A DNA stretch of 64,000 nt, from contig BLSG01000078.1 in the NCBI GenBank assembly GCA_012862495.1, positions 39,063 through 103,062 of the forward strand. The letters run 5' to 3'. The notes beneath the pieces were generated by a model that saw nothing but the letters and a program-made list of their open reading frames with translations, had not been told where the DNA came from and did no database searches. The translations under genes and the position numbers were made by a program. Positions 11,561 through 24,531 of this stretch are shown here, one piece after another (within the stretch, counting starts at the first letter, position 1; each line of letters opens with the position of its first letter). Source of the DNA: Thraustochytrium aureum (taxonomy: Eukaryota).

Positions 11561-14500
11561 ACTCGTCCGCGTCCTCCAGCGCCGCGACGGGCGGAGGGGA
11601 GGACGGCCCCGCCGGCGAAGGCGCGGCGGCCAAGGCTGACGAATGGAAGTACACGAACGAGCTGCGGCAGCGGCGCAACAGGCACAAGCGCGAACCAACC
11701 CGACAGAAAAAAGCCATCAAGGAGATGAAGAAGGGCGCGATGGTCAAGTTCAAAAAGTTTCTCCCGGAAGACCCCATGGCGGTGGCCGTCTGGCTCGAGA
11801 CCTCTGTGTGCCACCTGGAGGATTTCGAGGAGTGCTACGGGATCACGCTGTTCGAGATCGCGCGCGTCATCCACAGCTACTTGCTGGACAACCTTAAAAC
11901 GGGCGGCGCCAAGGGGATGACCTGGGACCAGCCCGAGTGGGCGCGGTCGCAGCTCGTCCGCGACGGCTACTTTTTCGTGGTCGTGGTCATGGCCGAGCTC
12001 TTGCTCGAGGGCTTCGCGGGCTCGGGCGTGTTTACGAGCCGCCAGATGGCCTCCGAAGCCAAGATCATGACGACGATCAGCCTCGCGCTCGGCCTCGTCT
12101 TCGTCCTGCCCTTCATGATGTCGATGAGCCGCAACGCCTCGCCATACCTGTACGGCCTGGTGCTGAGTGCCACGCCGACCGTCCTGTGCCGCGACCTCAC
12201 CGGCGGCCTCATCTGCCTCATCCCGCCGGTCATCGCCGTGTTCGTGATCGGGTCTGTGATGACCGGATCGGTGCCGAGCGGCCTCCTCCTGATGCTCGTC
12301 TGCCTGTTTTTCGGGTCCTTCATGCTCCTCGCGACCATGCTCTACCTCTTCCGCGTCCCCGACCCGCACGTCCTGCTGCCCAACGGCCGCGAGCCGCTGT
12401 TCTTGCTTGTGCTCGTTGCGGCGCTGCTCATCCCCTTTGTGCTGACGTGGACGGTCACGATCCAGGTCTCGGCGTTCTGGATTGGGATGCACGCCGTCGC
12501 GCTCCTGGTTGCGGACGTGATCATGGCCTTGAGGATACGGTCCATTTCGCGCTCGTGGCACGCCTTCCTCCCCGACCGGCTCCGGCTGGCCAACACGATG
12601 AAGTCGGGCAACCTTGAAGTCAAACTGCGCGAGCTGACGCGCGCGCAGCGCGAGGAGGCGGTCTGGATCGTCAACCGCAAGATCCCGGACAAGGACATAT
12701 GGAAAACGTACGCCGAGACCGAGACCAAGGGGTTTTGGGAGTACTTTTACATGGCCATGGAGGACCTCAAGACGGTCAACGCAGGCACGCCAGAGCGCCG
12801 TTCCGGCGAGCTCTTCGACGGCAACGCCAACGAGATCATCCACGGCGTCGCCTACTTTGTCGTCCTCGGCTTTAGCGCCGCGCCGCTCTTCTTTGCGCGC
12901 GGCACCGCCAGCATCGTGTCCCGTGGCGTTTTGTACGCCCTTGTCGCTTTCCTGTTCGGCGCGGGCACGATCGAGCTCTTCGTCAAGCAGATTGCGGACG
13001 CCAAGCAGTCCGAGAACCACGACCTGCTGATTCCTGCCTCAAGGCGCATCGTGCGCGTCGTCGAGGCGCGCATGCACGAGGCGCGACTGCGCGCCTACGC
13101 CGACGTCATGTCGAGCTTCCAGCTCACCGCGCTCCGCATGTTCCTGCTCGCTACGGCTTGCGCTTACCTGCTCGAGCCTGCCGCGCTGTTCGCAACGCTG
13201 CCCTTCTCTGCTGGCTACAACCTCGTGCTCTACGCGATGGTGAGCCGCATGTTCCTGTCCGGTTTCGCGGACCGCGCTCACGTCGCTGTTGTGGTCGCCA
13301 TTGTGGTCGGTGTTGTCGTGTGGGTGTCCTTTAGCGTGGCCTCCATGTTTACCATCCAGATCGCCCCCATCGTGGTGCTCACGTGCCTGCTCATCCGCGC
13401 CCTGCGCTTCGTGGCGCTCGCTTACGCCACGTACGACCAGAGCGCCCCGCTGCTCATCACCAACGTGGTCATGGACCTCTCCAAGTCGACCATCCTGCAC
13501 GTCCTCCTCACCACGGGGCTCAGCCTCGTCTTTTTCTGGACCGGTGAGGTGGCGATCCTCAACATCAACCAGGCCTTCTTTGGGATCTTGGCCACGCGCG
13601 ACACGGCCTCCCTGGCCATCTTTGCCTGCTCGGTCCTGGCCACAATCCTCATCAACCTCGTGGTTACGGGTTCAACCCGATCTCCCGCGTCTTCTGCCGC
13701 AACAGCCACGCCGAGTGGGAGGACCTTGTCGAGTATCGCGTCATCAGCTTTCTCGCCTTCATCAGCGGCTTTGTGTACCTTTACCTCAACCCGCTCGCGC
13801 TTGGCGCCTTGCTGGGTTTCCTCACCGCAACGATCATCTACGCGCACACGATGCGCCACCTCGTGCTGCAGCCGCGCAACACCTGGCACAACACGATCGA
13901 CCCGAACGACATCCCCATGACGAGCGGAAAGCGCATCCTCGACGGCGGCGGGCTCACGCAGGTCAAGCCCGAGGTACGTGAACAGCAGGTCGCCGAGAAA
14001 CTCAAGAAAGGCCTCATCAACGCTGTGCCGCTCATGTTTGAGAACGGCGGCCTCGGAGACCAGGTGCTCGAGTTCATCGAGCGCAAACGCAGCAACTTCA
14101 AAAAGACCGCGCTGCGCACGATCATCCCCTCCGCCGAGGGCAGCGGGCTCGACGAGCAAAACCCCGCAAGCGACGACGAGGACGACGAGGACGGCTTTGG
14201 CGGCCGCGGCCGCCGCGCGACCGACGCCGGGGCGCCCAAGCATGACAACGACGACGATGAGGACGACGAGGACGACGAGGAGGCGAAGGAGGACGGTAGC
14301 AGCCGCCGTAAGGGTGCAGCCGTTCGGCCGGGCATGGGGCCGCGCAAGGCGAGCGGGCGCGACCCGGACGGCAACACCTTTCTGCAAGGCATTGTGTACA
14401 ACTTGATAGAGACCCTGCTGGAGGAATGCCGGTCCGGCAACGCCTTCGTCTACCTCTGCGACGCCGACGCGCTCTACAAAGAGGGCTTTGTGGCCCTCGG

Positions 14501-17500
14501 CCTGCGCCGCAAGCAGATGAACAACCGCATCGACGGGACGGCCTCGGATGCGACGCGCGACTCGCGAACCAACAACCCCAACGGCGCGGGCCCGTGGCGC
14601 GCCTCGCCACTCTGGCGCGAGCAGGCACCAACCGGCTCAATATTTACATCGGCGTTGATGCCGCCCTGCTTCGGGAGCGCGAAAAGCCGCTGCCCGAGCA
14701 TGACCCTGCGTCCGAGACGCACCTCGGCCGCATCGCCGAGGCGATGTTGCACGAGTTTGTCGAGGACGCCACGCGCTCGCACGCGCTGGCCTGCGTGGCC
14801 GAGCTGGCCATGCTCGACGCGCGCCGCGACGGGTACCTGCCGCGCTCCATCCGCGGCCAGCTCGACCGCATGGCCAACGGCAAGATGACGCGCCTGCAGC
14901 ACATCTTTGACCAGACTGAGCACGAAATCGCCAAGCGCTCCGCCAACGCCAAGCGGCTCCCAGTCGGATGGCGCTTCGACAAGGAGTCGTGGGTCGAGGT
15001 CTGCGAGGTGGAGAAAGAGATCGCCCTCGAAATTGGCGACTATTGCGAGACCATCATCCGCAAGAACGTCGACCTGAGGGGCATGCTTGCCTCCGTGTTT
15101 AGCGGGCAGTTTTCCATGCTCTACCGCGCTGTGCACGCCTTCACCAAGAGCTCGATGCGGCTCTGGTACACGGCGCTGCGGGGCGACATGGAGGTGCACC
15201 GCGAGGTGTGCGCGTATCTGCGCCACCTCGACATCGCGCCGGCGTTCATCGGGTCGTTTAGCATGCTTCTCTTCACGCACCGGCGCCTGGCGCGCCCGCT
15301 GTTCGAGCTCCTCGTCTTCTTTTTCGCGTGGTCCGTGAGCCCGCTCTACTTGCAAATGTTTGGCTCTTCGCGCACGAAGAAGCGCATGGACAAGCCCGAC
15401 AAGTCGCTCGACCTTGGGCCCGAGGTCAAGCAGGCCTTTCGCAAGCTGCAGCCCGCAGCGAGGCCGGCGCTGTTCCAGATCTACGAGCTGCGCGACTCTG
15501 GCCAGACGCTCATCCCGGGCCTGCTGGCCCAGGTCCTGGACGAGATGATCATCATCAACATGGCCTCGCTCAAGCCGTACTGGGCCGAGAGGTACAACAT
15601 GTGCTACGGCAAGCAGCAGTTCCTGCGCTTTACTCGCGATACTGAGCGGGTCGTCGAGAATCGCCTCATGCCGCCGACGACTGCGATGCACAAAAACATG
15701 CTCTGCCACAAGGCGCAGGACCTGCTCATCCTCGGCCACGCAGGCAGCGCAGTCAAGACGATCTACAAGCCGTCCGCTGACAAGACCAACGTCGTGGTCG
15801 ACGGGAGTGCCACCATCTTTTACGTCAGCGGCGGTGTGACCACCTGCCTCATGCAGCTCATCAAGCACCAGGGCATCAACGACAACTTTAACCGTTTGTG
15901 CTGGCAGAGATGGCCAGCAACTCGACCCCGCGCATCGCGCCACCGACGCCCTGCGTGAGCGCCATCTACCCGATTCCCCTGCACGACGTCACTCCGGCGC
16001 CTGAGGCCTCCATCCACAGCTCCAAGCCCTATTTTGAGCTCAGCCTGCGCAAGGAGCGAACCACGAGCTGGGTGCTGCGCGCTCGTTTCCACCCGCTGCT
16101 TCGCGAGCTGATTCGCGGATGCTGCGAGCTCCAGGGCGTGGACGACCGGAGCAGCGCGGTGAACGAGTACTTTAGCGAGGTCGTTGTCGGGCTGTACGAG
16201 TACTTTGAGCAGTATGACTGGAACGACTCGTGGAGCGACGGCCTCACGTGGCGCGTCTGGGTGCAGACCTGGCTCACCATCCTGGAGGAGAAGCCGAAGA
16301 GCGTGCAGCGCCTCTGGGCGCCCTCGCTCCCGGGCCTTCAAGAGGCGCTCATCTTCTTCTCGCAGGCGCTTCGGTCGCTCTGCGCCGAGCTCCCGCCGGC
16401 CGACTTGTACCACAGCTCGCATCACGGCATTGGCANNNNNNNNNNNNNNNNNNNNNNNNNNNNNNNNNNNNNNNNNNNNNNNNNNNNNNNNNNNNNNNNN
16501 NNNNNNNNNNNNNNNNNNNNNNNNNNNNNNNNNNNNNNNNNNNNNNNNNNNNNNNNNNNNNNNNNNNNNNNNNNNNNNNNNNNNNNNNNNNNNNNNNNNN
16601 NNNNNNNNNNNNNNNNNNNNNNNNNNNNNNNNNNNNNNNNNNNNNNNNNNNNNNNNNNNNNNNNNNNNNNNNNNNNNNNNNNNNNNNNNNNNNNNNNNNN
16701 NNNNNNNNNNNNNNNNNNNNNNNNNNNNNNNNNNNNNNNNNNNNNNNNNNNNNNNNNNNNNNNNNNNNNNNNNNNNNNNNNNNNNNNNNNNNNNNNNNNN
16801 NNNNNNNNNNNNNNNNNNNNNNNNNNNNNNNNNNNNNNNNNNNNNNNNNNNNNNNNNNNNNNNNNNNNNNNNNNNNNNNNNNNNNNNNNNNNNNNNNNNN
16901 NNNNNNNNNNNNNNNNNNNNNNNNNNNNNNNNNNNNNNNNNNNNNNNNNNNNNNNNNNNNNNNNNNNNNNNNNNNNNNNNNNNNNNNNNNNNNNNNNNNN
17001 NNNNNNNNNNNNNNNNNNNNNNNNNNNNNNNNNNNNNNNNNNNNNNNNNNNNNNNNNNNNNNNNNNNNNNNNNNNNNNNNNNNNNNNNNNNNNNNNNNNN
17101 NNNNNNNNNNNNNNNNNNNNNNNNNNNNNNNNNNNNNNNNNNNNNNNNNNNNNNNNNNNNNNNNNNNNNNNNNNNNNNNNNNNNNNNNNNNNNNNNNNNN
17201 NNNNNNNNNNNNNNNNNNNNNNNNNNNNNNNNNNNNNNNNNNNNNNNNNNNNNNNNNNNNNNNNNNNNNNNNNNNNNNNNNNNNNNNNNNNNNNNNNNNN
17301 NNNNNNNNNNNNNNNNNNNNNNNNNNNNNNNNNNNNNNNNNNNNNNNNNNNNNNNNNNNNNNNNNNNNNNNNNNNNNNNNNNNNNNNNNNNNNNNNNNNN
17401 NNAGGCGCTGACGTCCCTGGTGCGCCACGTGCGCCGTATCGGGCGCCGGGCAAGTCGCGCGGGAGTACGACTCCTCGGACGACGAGGACGACGAGGAAGC

Positions 17501-18170
17501 CGCGGGCGGGCTCAACGACCTCGTCCCGCGTGTGCTGCAGACGAGCTCGGGCGGTGGGATGGCCATCGACCTGGACTACATCCGCAACATCCGCACTGGT
17601 TCGCACGTCCCAGACAACGACGACCTGGACGACTACGAGGATTCGCGCTACTCGCGCGCACGCTCGCGCAACCGTTCGCGGTCCCGCAACCGCTCCAAGT
17701 CGCGAGACAGGGCGAAGAGCCGCGGCCAAGAGCCTAGGTTCTCGCGCCACCGCCCCATGTCGGCGATGCGCTCCATTCTCGGCACCACCCAGGCGGCCGC
17801 CGCGGACGCCAGGGTGCGAGCTGGTTCTGGCAACAGCACGGGCGAGCCTGCAGACCGCAACTCGTACCGGTACAGCAGGCGCCTGATGTCGCTCCTGCGC
17901 TTTGACCGCACGAAGGAAAGTACGCCTGACGTCGAGCTCGGAGCCAGTATCGGCGACGTGGCTCGCCAAAACCGGATGAACACGCTCACAAGCGTCGACC
18001 TCTCGCGCGATCGCGGCAACTCTGACGACAGTGTCGACCTGGAGCGCGCGGACCGCGGCGGCCGCGGCGCGGGTGCTTTGTTTGACGAGGGCACGAGCGA
18101 GGCGGGCCTCCAACCGTATGTCGGCGGCTACGAAGAGTTTCTCGATTCGAGCGACGATGACGCTGCTTGA
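11561..18170 (+). CDS. Very large polytopic membrane protein with a PelF/DUF3492-like GT4 glycosyltransferase domain (putative polysaccharide synthase); frameshifts near 13660, 14590, 15895; gaps before 11561 and at 16436-17402
   Basis: Four overlapping ORFs with strong GC3 coding bias join into one reading. About 15-19 hydrophobic segments lie at 11960-13850 and ~15230-15360. VVDGSATIFYVSGGVTTCLMQLI resembles the PelF N-terminal EGTYPYVxGGVSSW motif, and PADLYHSSHHGIG resembles PelF ADVYHxxSTGYAG. An S/R/D-rich tail after the gap ends at TGA 18168-18170. Confidence 0.7.
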
Positions 18171-18260
18171 CCAAAAATTGATGATGACAAATGGAAACTG
18201 ACTGTTTTGTGTTCACGGTATCGAGCCGTCGCAGGCAGCGCCGCGTTGCTGGCAGGCCAG

Positions 18261-18806
18261 CTAGTCTTTGGTCTTCTTTTTCTTGTTGCTCTGGTTTCTC
18301 AGGCGCATCGATCCGACGACGCTTCGAATGCTGCGCGATGACCTGCTCGCCGATTTGCTCGAGCTCGGGGAGCTCGCCGCCGCAGCGTCGGTCCCCGAGG
18401 CGGCGGTAGCGGCAGCGGCGGCGGTAGCGGCAGCGGGAGCGGCGGCGGCGGCGGCATCGTTCTTTTTAGCCTCCGTCTCGTCTTGTCGGGAAGGTCCTGC
18501 AGGCCTTGTTGGCTTTATTGTGGTCGCCGCTGCCGCTGCAGCTGAGCTGGTCTCGGTCGCCAACGCCGCACCTTCACCCGTATGCGTGCGTAGCGCCGCA
18601 TCGTCCTTCAGCGCCAGTTCTTCGAGGGGCGCTTCTGCGCTCGCAGCGGCATCGCCTTCGCTCTGCGGCGGCTCGACCTCGCCGTGCTGCGGCGTCGCCC
18701 TTGCAGCGTCATTCAGCGAATCGTCTGCTGGGTTGCCCGGGGCATCTTTCCCGCTCTGCAAGGCCGGGCTGTCCTCGTCCGCGAAGCAGCACAGCGAGGA
18801 GCCCAT
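18261..18806 (-). CDS. Small disordered Ala-rich protein with predicted N-myristoylation/palmitoylation signal
   Basis: The ORF starts MGSSLCCFADED, has an A/E/P-rich body, and ends in a basic tail RLRNQSNKKKKTKD*. Confidence 0.6.
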   Translation of the reverse strand: MGSSLCCFADEDSPALQSGKDAPGNPADDSLNDAARATPQHGEVEPPQSEGDAAASAEAPLEELALKDDAALRTHTGEGAALATETSSAAAAAATTIKPTRPAGPSRQDETEAKKNDAAAAAAPAAATAAAAATAASGTDAAAASSPSSSKSASRSSRSIRSVVGSMRLRNQSNKKKKTKD

Positions 18807-20390
18807 CGGCGGCCTCCCGTGTCTCCCGTGTCGGCCGGCGCTCGCTCCGTCTCTCGCGTCGTGGCCGCTTCGAGAGGCTCGTTGCAGTCGGCAACAAACG
18901 AATTGCAGCCTGCCAGTCCTCGGTGTTTTTGTTGTCGTCTGGACAGAACAATGAGCGATGGAGAGTGGAAAGGAAGGCAGGAAGGACACCAGGATGGATG
19001 CGCGCTGCCAGAGCGGACCAGAACGCAGGCCCTGATCCGCACCAGTGCGCCGAAACAGCAATGTATGGATCGATCGAGCACGCAGCAGAGCGCTTGACGT
19101 CGCCTGCGACCAATGGCCGTGCCGACCGCGCTGGGCGTTGACACGTGAAGATCTTGTTTTGATTGATGTCTACAGCGATCGTGGACCGATGAGGCTGCGT
19201 CCGTGGCGAGCTGGTCCGAGATGGAGGGGCTGGTGAGTAGAGGTTGGTTGCTCTTGCGTCTTTTCTTTGCCTCGCGCCCCGACCCAGCGCCCGCACCGCC
19301 GACGACTCGAGCAAGATCACGCAAGGCAGAGTACTCCACACGCGGTATAAGCGATGCATTTATTCACCAAAGCCAGCGAGCTGGAGACGTAGTCCAGCGA
19401 GACAAGCTCCAGCAGGCTCTCTGCCTCGTCCCGCCAGGAGCTGAACGCGTGCGTGCGCCTCGTCAGCGCGCAGGACCGCGAGTCTGGAAGCTGTCGGAAC
19501 GGCAGGCCTCGCCATGTCCCTCCTGTCCAGGGTTCTCTGCTATGATGACGTAATGCGCAGCGCTTGTGTTCAAACAACAAAGCGCTACCAACGAGGAGGG
19601 CTGATTCATGATGAGCGTGGGTTGCGTGCGATGCAGATGGTGACGGGACGGCCAGCTTCATCGCATGCACAGCCAAACACCCTGCGCGCCACGACGCAGA
19701 AAACTAGTTTCCAACTTGGTAATGCTCTGTTCTGACTCTCTGGTCGGATTCGGCGCCCAGGTTGGTTAGTTCGCAGATTCCGCACTGCAAAATGCCGTCC
19801 TTTCTCGCCACGCACGCAGAGTGAGGAGGGGCGAGGCCCGCGCGCGCAGCGCCTTTGCCGGCCGCACCAACCGGCGCGCTCTGCAGCCAGCTGCGCCGCT
19901 GAGATCGAACAAGTATCACGAGGGAAAACCAGCCACCCATCCGAGCGCTGCAGCCCCGTTCATCCGGGGCTCCAACACGTCCGGGAGACAGACTCGCTCA
20001 GCCGCATCAAGAGGCGTCCCCAACGACCCACCGATGCGAGAAAGAAAGCGCGCAACCGACCCTCGATGATGATGATGATGAGGAGGGAGGATGAGACTCG
20101 CTCGCTCCATGGCGACCACCCGCCCAGCCCGCCTGTCTCGCGCTCAAGAGGCCTGCAAGCGGAAGAGGGACAGGGCCTCCGCAGATTGAGCGAGCGGCAG
20201 AGTGACGGACGGCGCCCGAGTCGCAGATTGCGCGGCAGGCGGCCAGCGCCCTTCGTTCGTACTTACTCGTAAACATCGATCGATAGCCTCGTGAACGTGA
20301 ACAACTGCCGCAAAAACCGACGATTCGCAGGCATTGACAACCGCCCGAACAGAACACGAACCCCACGGCGCACGGAGCAGGAGACTGGCA

Positions 20391-20397
20391 AGCAGGC

Positions 20398-20444
<47 letters not shown>
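20391..20444. repeat. (GCAG)n microsatellite
   Basis: A run of gcag units is seen directly upstream of the kinesin gene. Confidence 0.9.
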
Positions 20445-20590
20445 TGGCAGGCGGGCGGGCAAGGCCGCATACAGCCGCGTTTTGGTTGGGCAGCTCGCTC
20501 GCGAGCTGATCGGGCGCACGGCGGGCCCGGCGGTTGGAGAAAGAAAGGGCGAGCAAGGCGCTGTTTCGCCAAGACTCGGCGAGAAGCACG

Positions 20591-23500
20591 ATGAAGCAGA
20601 GCAAGCCGCGCGATGATCATATCAAGGTCGTCGTGCGGTCGAGGCCGCTCAATGAGGCCGAGAAGGCCGCGAAAACGCCAATGCTCGTGACGTGCGACCA
20701 GGAAAGTGGCCAGGTCAACGTGACGATGAACCTCGGGAGCAAGCGAAGCACAAAAAAGTACAACTACGACATGGTGTTCGGGCAGTACTCCACCCAGGCC
20801 GAAGTCTACAACGCTGCCATCCGGCCGGTCGTGGACGAGGTCCTCCAAGGGTTCAACTGCACCGTGTTTGCTTACGGACAAACCGGGACAGGCAAGACGC
20901 ACACGATGGAGGGGGACGTAGACGACCCCGAACTGATGGGCATGATCCCGCGAGCTGTCTCCACCATCTTCGAGTCGCTCGAGGCCCTCGACGGGGCCGA
21001 GTACACCGTCAAGGTCTCGTTCCTCGAACTGTACAACGAGGAGCTCCAGGACCTCCTCTCGGTGACCGACGAGGTCAAGCTGCGCATCCTGGACGACAAG
21101 TCGAAAATGAGCACCGGAGTGGCCTGCCACAACCTGGAGGAGGCCCACGTGAGCNNNNNNNNNNNNNNNNNNNNNNNNNNNNNNNNNNNNNNNNNNNNNN
21201 NNNNNNNNNNNNNNNNNNNNNNNNNNNNNNNNNNNNNNNNNNNNNNNNNNNNNNNNNNNNNNNNNNNNNNNNNNNNNNNNNNNNNNNNNNNNNNNNNNNN
21301 NNNNNNNNNNNNNNNNNNNNNNNNNNNNNCATTTTCACGATGACCTTGCACATGCGCGAGACGACGCCCGAGGGCAGGACTTGCTCAAGATCGGCAAGCT
21401 GAACCTCGTCGACCTGGCCGGGTCGGAGTGCATCGGGCGCTCGGGCGCGACCAACCAGCGGGCCCGCGAAGCAGGCAACATCAACAAGAGCCTGCTCACC
21501 CTCGGGCGCGTGATTAGCGCGCTGGTGGAGAAAACGCCGCACATCCCGTACCGCGACTCGAAGCTGACGCGGCTCTTGCAAGAGTCCCTCGGGGGGCGCG
21601 CAAGACCTGCATCATCGCCACCGTGGCGCCGTCAGTGCAGTGCCTTGATGAGACCCTGAGCACGCTCGAGTACGCCAGCCGTGCCAAGAGCATCAAAAAC
21701 AAGCCCGAGGCCAACCAGCGCCTCACCAAGCGCGCCATGATCAAGGAGTACGCAGAGGACTTGGAGCGGCTGCGCCAAGAGCTGGCCAGTGCTCGCGCCA
21801 AGGACGGCGTTTACATTTCGGAAGAGCGGTTCAACGAGATGGAGGCCACGATCGAGTCGCAGAGGGCACAAGTGGAGGAACTCGAGGATCTGCTTGACCT
21901 GCGGCAAAAGGAGTTTAGCGAGCTGCAAGACAAATTCGACCTCACCGTCGACGAGCTCGAAGCCGTCAAGGCCGACTTGGCCCAGACCCGGGAGGAGCTG
22001 GAGACCACCAAGGCGGTGCTTGAGGAGACCAAGGCCGAGCTGGAGCGCCAGATCAAGATTGTCGAGGAGACCCGGCACCTCGTCAAAGCCCACCACCACA
22101 CCGAAACCAACCTGCGCGAGCAAACCGCCTCTCTTCAGGCAACCTTGGACGAGGCGCGCGGAGACGTGGCAGGCCTGCAAGGCAAGGTGCGTCGCAAGGC
22201 CGCTGTCGAAGCGCAAAACGACCGGACCACCAAGCTGTACCGCGAAAACACCGTCGCATCACTGCAGGCCATGTCGGGCGAGGCGGCAGCTTTCTGCAAG
22301 GCTCAAATTGCGCACCACAACACGCTCGGGGACTCGCTCCGCCAGATGTCCACTGAGCACAAGCAGCAGACAAAGGCTCTGCTCGAGGCCATCCAGGAAC
22401 TGGGCGACGGCGCAGCCGCTGACGTCCGCGCCCTAGCAGACGACCTCGTGCCAAAGCTCCGCGACGAGTCGTTCGTGCACTGGGACCAGGCGGGCCAAAA
22501 CGCCACTGGCCACGCAGAGGCGACCCGCGCTCGCCTGATCGAGGCCGCCGCCGCCGTGGACGCCCCACTCAAGACGCTGCTTGAGACGGTTCTCGTAGAG
22601 CAGGACCGCAAGCTTGCTGAGCACACCGAGCAGGTGCGCGCCAAGCTTGACGCCTCGCGCGCCGACGCGCTTGCCTTTGCCGACACGCACGCGCAGGCCC
22701 TCGAGGCCATCTCCAAAAAGGTCGCACAGGACGCCGAGGAGAGCCGCCGCGCCCTCGAGGCGCAGTCTGCGAGCGTGAAGGCTTTCGTGGTCGCCGAGCG
22801 CGAGCGCATCGAAGGCGCAACGGCGGGCCTCATTGCCCAATTCACCAGCCTCCTGACCGCCTTCAAGACCGAGGCGCAGACCAATCTCGATGGGATGCTC
22901 GACAAGACGCAGACGGCCTGCCAGGCCGCGGTGGAAGGCAACCTTCGCGCCGAGCTGCAGACCAAGAAGGTGGCACAGGACGCCGTCTCGCAGACCCGCA
23001 CCTGGTGCGAGGCCAAAGCGGCTGCCACCGAGGCACTCCGCGCCGCAGTGGAGGCCGACTCGCAAAGCATGGCTTCCGAAATCGTTTCTGCGCGTTCTGA
23101 GGCGACTGCCGCGTCGCAGACGCTCCACGCCAAGATCGCAGACTTGTGTGGACTGGCCGACCATGGAAAAGACGCGCAGCTCGCGACGAAGGGTGCAGCG
23201 CGCAAAGCCATGCAGGAATCATCGGACGCTCTGCAAGCGAGTGCTGCAAACATGGTGATTGTCGCTGGCCAACGCATGGCCGCCGCATCTGCTGGCGCCA
23301 ACGGGCAGGAGGAGGCCTCAGAGGCATGGTCGGCTTCGCGCCAGACTGAAGCGAAAGAGCAGGCAGCAGCTGTTTCTGCGTTTGCTGGGGCCCACTCGAT
23401 TGCTGCTGGCGAGCTCGAGAACAAGTGCAACGCTCTGGTCGACAAGGACCTTGTGCACGACCGTCCCACCGGGTCCACACCGCGGAAGAAGCGCTTCACC

Positions 23501-23706
23501 TTTGACCCTATGGTGCCGCAGACCAGCGAGCACGACGATATTCTCGGCAGGTACCGCGCTGGCGACCTCTCTGACCTGTCGCGCCCCGGCGCTGCGCCGT
23601 GCACGGCAATCCCGGAGGAGGGGTCATCGCCCCCCCGCGCCGCGATCCCTCTTGCCTTTCCCCCTGCGGCGCCGCCTTGCGAGAGCAAGAAGCGCGACCA
23701 AGTCGA
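20591..23706 (+). CDS. KIF11: Kinesin-5 (BimC/Eg5 family) spindle motor; gap 21155-21329, frameshifts near 21375 and 21600; 3' end in gap
   Basis: N-terminal motor motifs are [32 protein letters not shown] (P-loop), [31 protein letters not shown] and [19 protein letters not shown]. These are followed by a long coiled coil and the BimC box PTGSTPRKK. Confidence 0.95.
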
Positions 23707-24531
23707 NNNNNNNNNNNNNNNNNNNNNNNNNNNNNNNNNNNNNNNNNNNNNNNNNNNNNNNNNNNNNNNNNNNNNNNNNNNNNNNNNNNNNNNNNNNNNN
23801 NNNNNNNNNNNNNNNNNNNNNNNNNNNNNNNNNNNNNNNNNNNNNNNNNNNNNNNNNNNNNNNNNNNNNNNNNNNNNNNNNNNNNNNNNNNNNNNNNNNN
23901 NNNNNNNNNNNNNNNNNNNNNNNNNNNNNNNNNNNNNNNNNNNNNNNNNNNNNNNNNNNNNNNNNNNNNNNNNNNNNNNNNNNNNNNNNNNNNNNNNNNN
24001 NNNNNNNNNNNNNNNNNNNNNNNNNNNNNNNNNNNNNNNNNNNNNNNNNNNNNNNNNNNNNNNNNNNNNNNNNNNNNNNNNNNNNNNNNNNNNNNNNNNN
24101 NNNNNNNNNNNNNNNNNNNNNNNNNNNNNNNNNNNNNNNNNNNNNNNNNNNNNNNNNNNNNNNNNNNNNNNNNNNNNNNNNNNNNNNNNNNNNNNNNNNN
24201 NNNNNNNNNNNNNNNNNNNNNNNNNNNNNNNNNNNNNNNNNNNNNNNNNNNNNNNNNNNAGTACTCGTACTCTACGGTGAGCACAGAGAATGTCATGAGA
24301 TGCCAACGGATAGGTCGAGGGTCAGCGCGCCGTCGTGACGATCATCGATCGATGCCCGAGGTCGCGCGCCGCCCGCGTCGACTGCAGGAGAGCAGCTGTG
24401 GCGCACGCTGCCTGCGCGATGGAGTATTCAATTGCTGTGCGCAGCCTCTGGCTCAAGGAAAATGAGACACCCAGTTGCGTCAGGAGCAGCGTTGAGAGTG
24501 CAAAGACAACCTCCAGGTTGACGCGGCGGCC

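Noticed and set aside
10270..15943. Long antisense ORFs opposite the membrane gene (and opposite kinesin and the IQ gene)
   Set aside because: These are shadow ORFs expected from high GC3 codon bias, and they have no recognisable motifs.
24460..24500. In-frame TGA codons upstream of the coiled-coil ORF as selenocysteine or an alternative genetic code
   Set aside because: TGA acts as a normal stop in well-supported genes here (e.g. YOS1 and the aminotransferase), and there is no selenoprotein context.
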